From NCBI RefSeq assembly GCF_009914755.1, contig NC_060942.1: a DNA stretch of 64,000 nucleotides; one strand, written 5' to 3'. The position numbers and the translations under genes are program-made. Position 1 is the first letter of the stretch. Every line of letters starts with the position of its first letter. This stretch comes from the human T2T-CHM13v2.0 reference genome, Homo sapiens. This document shows positions 59,090 to 64,000 of this stretch, one piece after another. A model generated the notes under the pieces. The model made no database searches. It was not told the DNA's origin and saw only the letters and a list, made by a program, of their open reading frames with translations.

Positions 59090-59730
59090 TATATTTTTCA
59101 TATCAGTACATTAAAAATTATTGCTTAATGGTACATTAAAAAATTATTGCTAATGTTCCAATATATAGATATACCATAATACCATGATGCTGTCATACAT
59201 TTTGCTATGGCTTGGTTCCAGTTTTTTTCTCATACCAAACTTGCTGTAATGAACATACACACTGGTGCACATACACGTTTGTGAGCATTAGCACTCTTAG
59301 ATTCTTAGAAGTAGAATTTGAGACAATGGACATTTACATTTTAAATATGGATATTGCCATATTGCTCTCCACAAAGGCTGTATGGTTTTACTCTCCGTCA
59401 GCATATGACTCACCATTTTCCCACATCATCACTGAATGTTAGGAGATTTTCATAATTTTTGTAGTATTGAAAAGTGAAAAATGCCTCAGCATTGTAATTT
59501 GCATTTTTTTATTACGACTGAGGCTGTACAACTTTAATTGCTTCATTAGCTATTAACATTTCCTTTTCTTAGTGTTGCCTGTAAATATTCTTTGCTCATT
59601 TGTCTCCTGAATGGTTTGCCTATTTTAATTGACCTACAACTAGTCTTTATTTTTAATATGAAAACCTTCAGATTCAAAGTAGAATATAAGTATTCTTTAC
59701 ACATTTTAGATATTAATATTTTGACCATTT
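59090..59730 (-). mobile_element. Old L1 (L1ME-like) fragment
   Basis: ccattttcccacatc...gtaatttgcatttt...ttctttgctcatttgtct. Confidence 0.6.
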
Positions 59731-59971
59731 TTTCTGTCTTTCAAATGTCTTTTAACTGAATTTCTGACACCTCTCATCACATGCACTAAATATATTTGTT
59801 ATGGTGTCCAATTCGTGAGTCCCGTCCCGTGTGGCTTTTAGGCATCATGCTTGCTCAGCAATGTGTGTCCTCTTTTTAACTGCAGCCTCTGCGTTGTCCT
59901 GGGAAAATGCTATGCTCTTCTTCCTTCCATGTCTAGGAGGTAAGCAATGGAAGAGGTAGGGATGGAGCCAG

Positions 59972-60669
59972 TGTTAGCAGTGGCGAATCTATACGGGTCT
60001 GCATCAACTCAATTCTTGCCTCCTTGAAGGAAAGAATTTGTCTGAGGGGCAAAAGACAGACCAAGACAAGTTTTTGAGCAGGAGTGAGAGTTTATTAAAA
60101 AATTTTAGAGCAGGAAAGAAGGAAAGTAAAATACACTTGGAAGAGGGCCAAGCAGATGCCTTAAGAGATCCAGATGCACTCTTTGGCCTTTGACTTGGGG
60201 TTTTATACATTGATGTGGTTCCAGGGTTTGTGTCTTTTCTACCCTGATTCTTCCCTTAGGTGGGCTGTCCGCATGCGCAGTGCCCTGCTGGCACTTGGGA
60301 GGGGCTGCGTGTGCACTGTGTTTACTGAAGTTGTGTGCATGCTCACTTGAGGCAGTTTCCCCTTATCTTCCAGTGTTCCTAGAGGAAGGTCATATACCAG
60401 TTAAACTCTGCCATTTTGCCTCTTAGTGCGTGTGCTTGAGCCCAATCACCCAACTTCTGAGATCTTATTGGGAAGCTGCTGATCACTAGCTTTATGTGTT
60501 TTTTCTCTCTTAGGAGACCGCCTTTCACTGGCACCAGCTGTGACCAATTATTATTTTAAAAAGACAGTTTAACAACTGCCAGGCCATCACTTGATGGTCA
60601 CCTGACATTCCTGGAGTTGGGGGATACTCTCCTTCCCTAGTCATATCTGCCTAACTACCTATTCTAACA
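59972..60669 (-). mobile_element. MER51-like ERV1 solo LTR
   Basis: tgttagcagtggcgaatctatacgggtctgca...caattcttgcctcc...cacttggaagagggccaagc...ctacctattctaaca; 698 bp; 4-bp TSD ccag/ccgg. Confidence 0.85.
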
Positions 60670-60671
60670 CC

Positions 60672-60885
60672 GGCATTTATGGAGGATTAACTTTGTACTG
60701 GCTATTGGACTAAACAATTTTACATGTATTGTAAATTCCATGAAGAAGGTAGGAGTATCATCCCCATTTTACAGGTGAGGAAACCGAAACACAGAGAGGT
60801 TAAGGAGCTTGTCCCCAGATTACAGAGGCTCTGCTGGGTTGGGACCCAGGCAGTCAGAGTCCATAGCCTGCACTCAGAACCTAAC
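60672..60885 (-). mobile_element. MIR SINE
   Basis: atccccattttacaggtgaggaaaccgaaacacagagaggttaagg..cttgtccc. Confidence 0.75.
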
Positions 60886-63800
60886 ATACCTGAAAGTACT
60901 CTCTGAATCTATAGAATGTGTTCAGTAATGAGAATGTTATATCTTTTGAGGATGAATTAGATTTGTTGAGAAAGCAAAAAATCACTCAGAGCAAATGTTT
61001 TACTGGAACTTGGTAATCTTAGTGAGCTGTATTGTTTTTTAGTCACTGTTTGATTTTGATCCTGAAATCATACTTACTGATTTGCTTGTTTTTCTCATAA
61101 ATGGGCACTGAAGACATTTTATAGAGGGGACTTCTGAAAATGTTCAGAGCAATAGCTGCAACACTGGAACAAGGCTTTCCAGTTAGTCATAAGTAACCAC
61201 TACCTTGGCGATGGAGTAAGGGAAGGTATAGAGAACAGAAACTCATAGTTAAAAGGAAGCCACAGTTAACTATCAATTATCGTGAGGCTGTGGAGGAGCA
61301 GAGACCTAAGCCATCCTCAGTTTTTGATGGCTCATAACTGATGCATACCAATTAGTGGCCCAGCAGGTGGTAGGATGCGGGTAGCCAAGCCTTGGGGCTG
61401 TGCCTTTGGAGTGGGAGCTGGAGGGAGGCAATTGGAGGGGTGTTGTTTTCTATTTTCCTGCAGGAGTGAAGAAGAGTTTTGGCATCTTTCCACCAGCCAC
61501 AGGAAGCAGTGGGCAAATCGGGGAGCCTACTTATGGAACTGTGCTGGGGGGTGAGCTCATCTTCCCATGTTTTGACAGGAAGGAGGTGTGTTTACATGCC
61601 TAAGTTTTAGGACAGCACAGCTTCCCATGCCTTGTCCACAAAACTTCATTGCCAGGATTAGAGAATTCATCCTGAGTCTGCAGTAGAATAGCAGAATAGT
61701 AGAGCAGCCCTATCTCTTTCTTGGAAGCAGTTGGCAATGAGCAATCTATTTGCAAGCAAAAGACATACTGTGAGATGGGGTGTTATATGACGTTAATCTA
61801 CAAAATCTGCAACTCAGGTGACCTGCTCAGCCCTGGCTCCTGGAGGAAGGCTGGCCGTGTGCAGTGAAGGAGCAGCAGGTGAGGTGGGGGAGGGCATAGG
61901 CGTGGTTGTGTGTAAACTCAGGATGATGGTACCTGTACTCCTTAATACGGTGGTGGGAGAGTTAACACAAATATGTGCTTTGCCCAGTGCTGTTATTATC
62001 ATCAATCCATGCCCTGAAGCATTCACGGATATTACTCTGTTAAAGAAGGTAATTGTTAAATGAATATGGACGTGAATTGGAGAAAATATTTTGTGCACCC
62101 GCATAAACATGCTAGAGGATTTCACAACAACCAGATTAACAACCATTGGTACTATGAGTGGCAAGTAGCTACTTGGGAAGATTTATCTGATGGTAAGTGA
62201 CTTGTTATAAATGGGATTCACTGACAAGGGTGGTGACCTCCTGACAAAAGTATGATTGGAATACAGCCAGTGATTCAGCAGTGTCCAAGAGATTCATGCT
62301 GAGTGTTGAATAGCAAAGGGTGGCCTGGAGAGAAGAGGTCTGGGAAGGCTGGGAGAGTGGGCTTGGAAATGGGAGGAACTGTATTGAATAAAGGCAGAGG
62401 CACTGGGACATGAGGAAGAAGTTACTTTGCAATGCTCCTGGTATCTGGGGCGGGATTGGTTTCTCAAATATTCGTTGTGACCAGATTGCAAATTTGTTGT
62501 GGGTTTGAACTTCCCTGAATTGAATCTGAGGATCTTTCTAGGTTCTGAAGAAATTGGCAAAATTTTATCCTTAAGGCCAAGTGGAGCTACTGATGAATTT
62601 CAAATGATTAAGTGAAAATCAGTGTAGTGTTTCTGCAGGAGCATTCTGGGCACAGCGTGGGGAACTCACTGGGGGAGAGCAGGCTGCACAAAGAGATTGG
62701 TGCAGGGCTTTCGCTGGTCCAGGAAGGAGTGGAGGGGGCCTGACTGAAGCAGGGGAAGACAGAAGGGAAAGTACAGGGAGGTGCTGAGAATGCAGGAGGC
62801 TGTGGTTTGTAGGACAATGACTGGATTGCATGGTGACAAAGACAAAGGGGCCTGAGGTGATTCTCTGGCAATCAGTAACCTGGGGCCAGTCAGTAAGCTC
62901 CTGGATGTATCTATGGGTCAGGCAGATGGAAATTCCCATAGTCAGTTGGATAGGCACTTCTGGAACTCCAATACCTGTAGGTGATGGTTGAAGCTCTAGT
63001 TTAGAGGCCCTAACCCAGGAAAAATAAACTGCATGGGCAGAGAACTGGCTGGGGAAAACCAGCAAGAGAATGTACAGAACTTTCATCTCATGAAATGAAG
63101 AAACTGAGAACATCACCCACATTTCAAGTCAATGAACCTTGACATCAGTTATCATCAAGTGTGACTGTTTCTCAGGCTAGAGTGGACTTAGGTGGTATGA
63201 GGGCTCTGGAAGAAACAAGCTGTTTACTATGGGAATGGAAGCGAACATACCTCAGATGGAAAGGTTCAAGTTCCTAGTTGAATCTTTTACTTGCTTTGGG
63301 AATTTTCTTTCAGGGCCAAGTTTCCCTTTGACCTGTCCAAACCCCACATCTCCTGTAAGATGCACCTTCTCCTCTGTGTTCTGAATGTTCACAGCACTTT
63401 CTAAGGCTCGATTTTTGCTGGCAGTCCACGCAGGCATGGGTGTGGGTCATCCAGCTAGAGAATAAGCATTTCTCTCTATAGCCCTCTGCAACTCCCAGGA
63501 TCCCTTTGGAGATGGAGCAGGGGCTATCTAAGGAGTACTAAGCTGGGTTGATCAAATGCAGCCATGGAAAGAGAAATGAGATTATTTTTTCTTGATAAGA
63601 GCCTGTGGAGGCAGCCTGGTGGTAACTCTTCATTGATGAAGGTTGAACAAATAGGGAAGTGAAACTCTGAAGATGTACATTGAAGAGGCCAAAGAAAGCC
63701 TGGGCACATTTGGGATGATTCTGTGTAGCCTAAATGCCTTTGATCGTCCCGAGAGAGCGTACTTCCCAAAGACATGATAGCTCAGTGAGGAATCCAGAGA

Positions 63801-64000
63801 CTATTATATCACACTTCAGGAGTACTCAATTACCATATCCACATGGCCCCAGATAAATAATTTCATTCCTGAGGTTTTTTTTTTTTTTTTCCAGCCATGT
63901 GGTTCTGGTTTTATAAACATGAGATTAAAAACTGACTAGAGATGAGCCCTCATAAGGAGGTGGCTGGTCAGGGCCTGTGGGGTGCAGGTATTTGTCTCCC

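Noticed and set aside
60910-61180. Possible ancient mariner-type (MARNA-like) fragment
   Set aside because: Resemblance is too weak to call without an alignment.
62619-63122. 167-aa minus-strand ORF
   Set aside because: No recognisable homology or coding signature.

Overview
Mammalian (human or close primate, judging by the Alu content) genomic DNA lying entirely inside the FHOD3 gene (FH1/FH2 domain-containing formin 3) on the + strand. Five GT-AG coding exons (3691-3785, 22025-22136, 29902-29996, 39177-39320, 52728-52966; 95/112/95/144/239 nt; probably exons 6-10, numbering recalled and not verified) splice in frame. They encode the C-terminal part of the GBD/FH3 armadillo region and the start of the Ser/Arg-rich linker. 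About 99% of the window is intron, rich in Alus (17 plus a monomer), MaLR LTRs (THE1, MST, MLT1, including a complete LTR-int-LTR element), ERV1-type LTRs, old L1/L2/CR1/MIR fragments, hAT DNA transposons and a piggyBac MITE (MER85). Repeat family names come from recognising consensus sequences by eye; subfamily calls and boundaries are approximate. Almost all ORFs in the supplied track are spurious or repeat-derived. I see no evidence for a wholly new biological system. The best leads are candidate unannotated cassette or micro-exons (especially frame-preserving 36-nt and 87-nt candidates downstream of the last exon), candidate poison exons, an Alu orientation pattern favouring back-splicing, and a MER85 that retains the CSB-PGBD3 binding palindrome.
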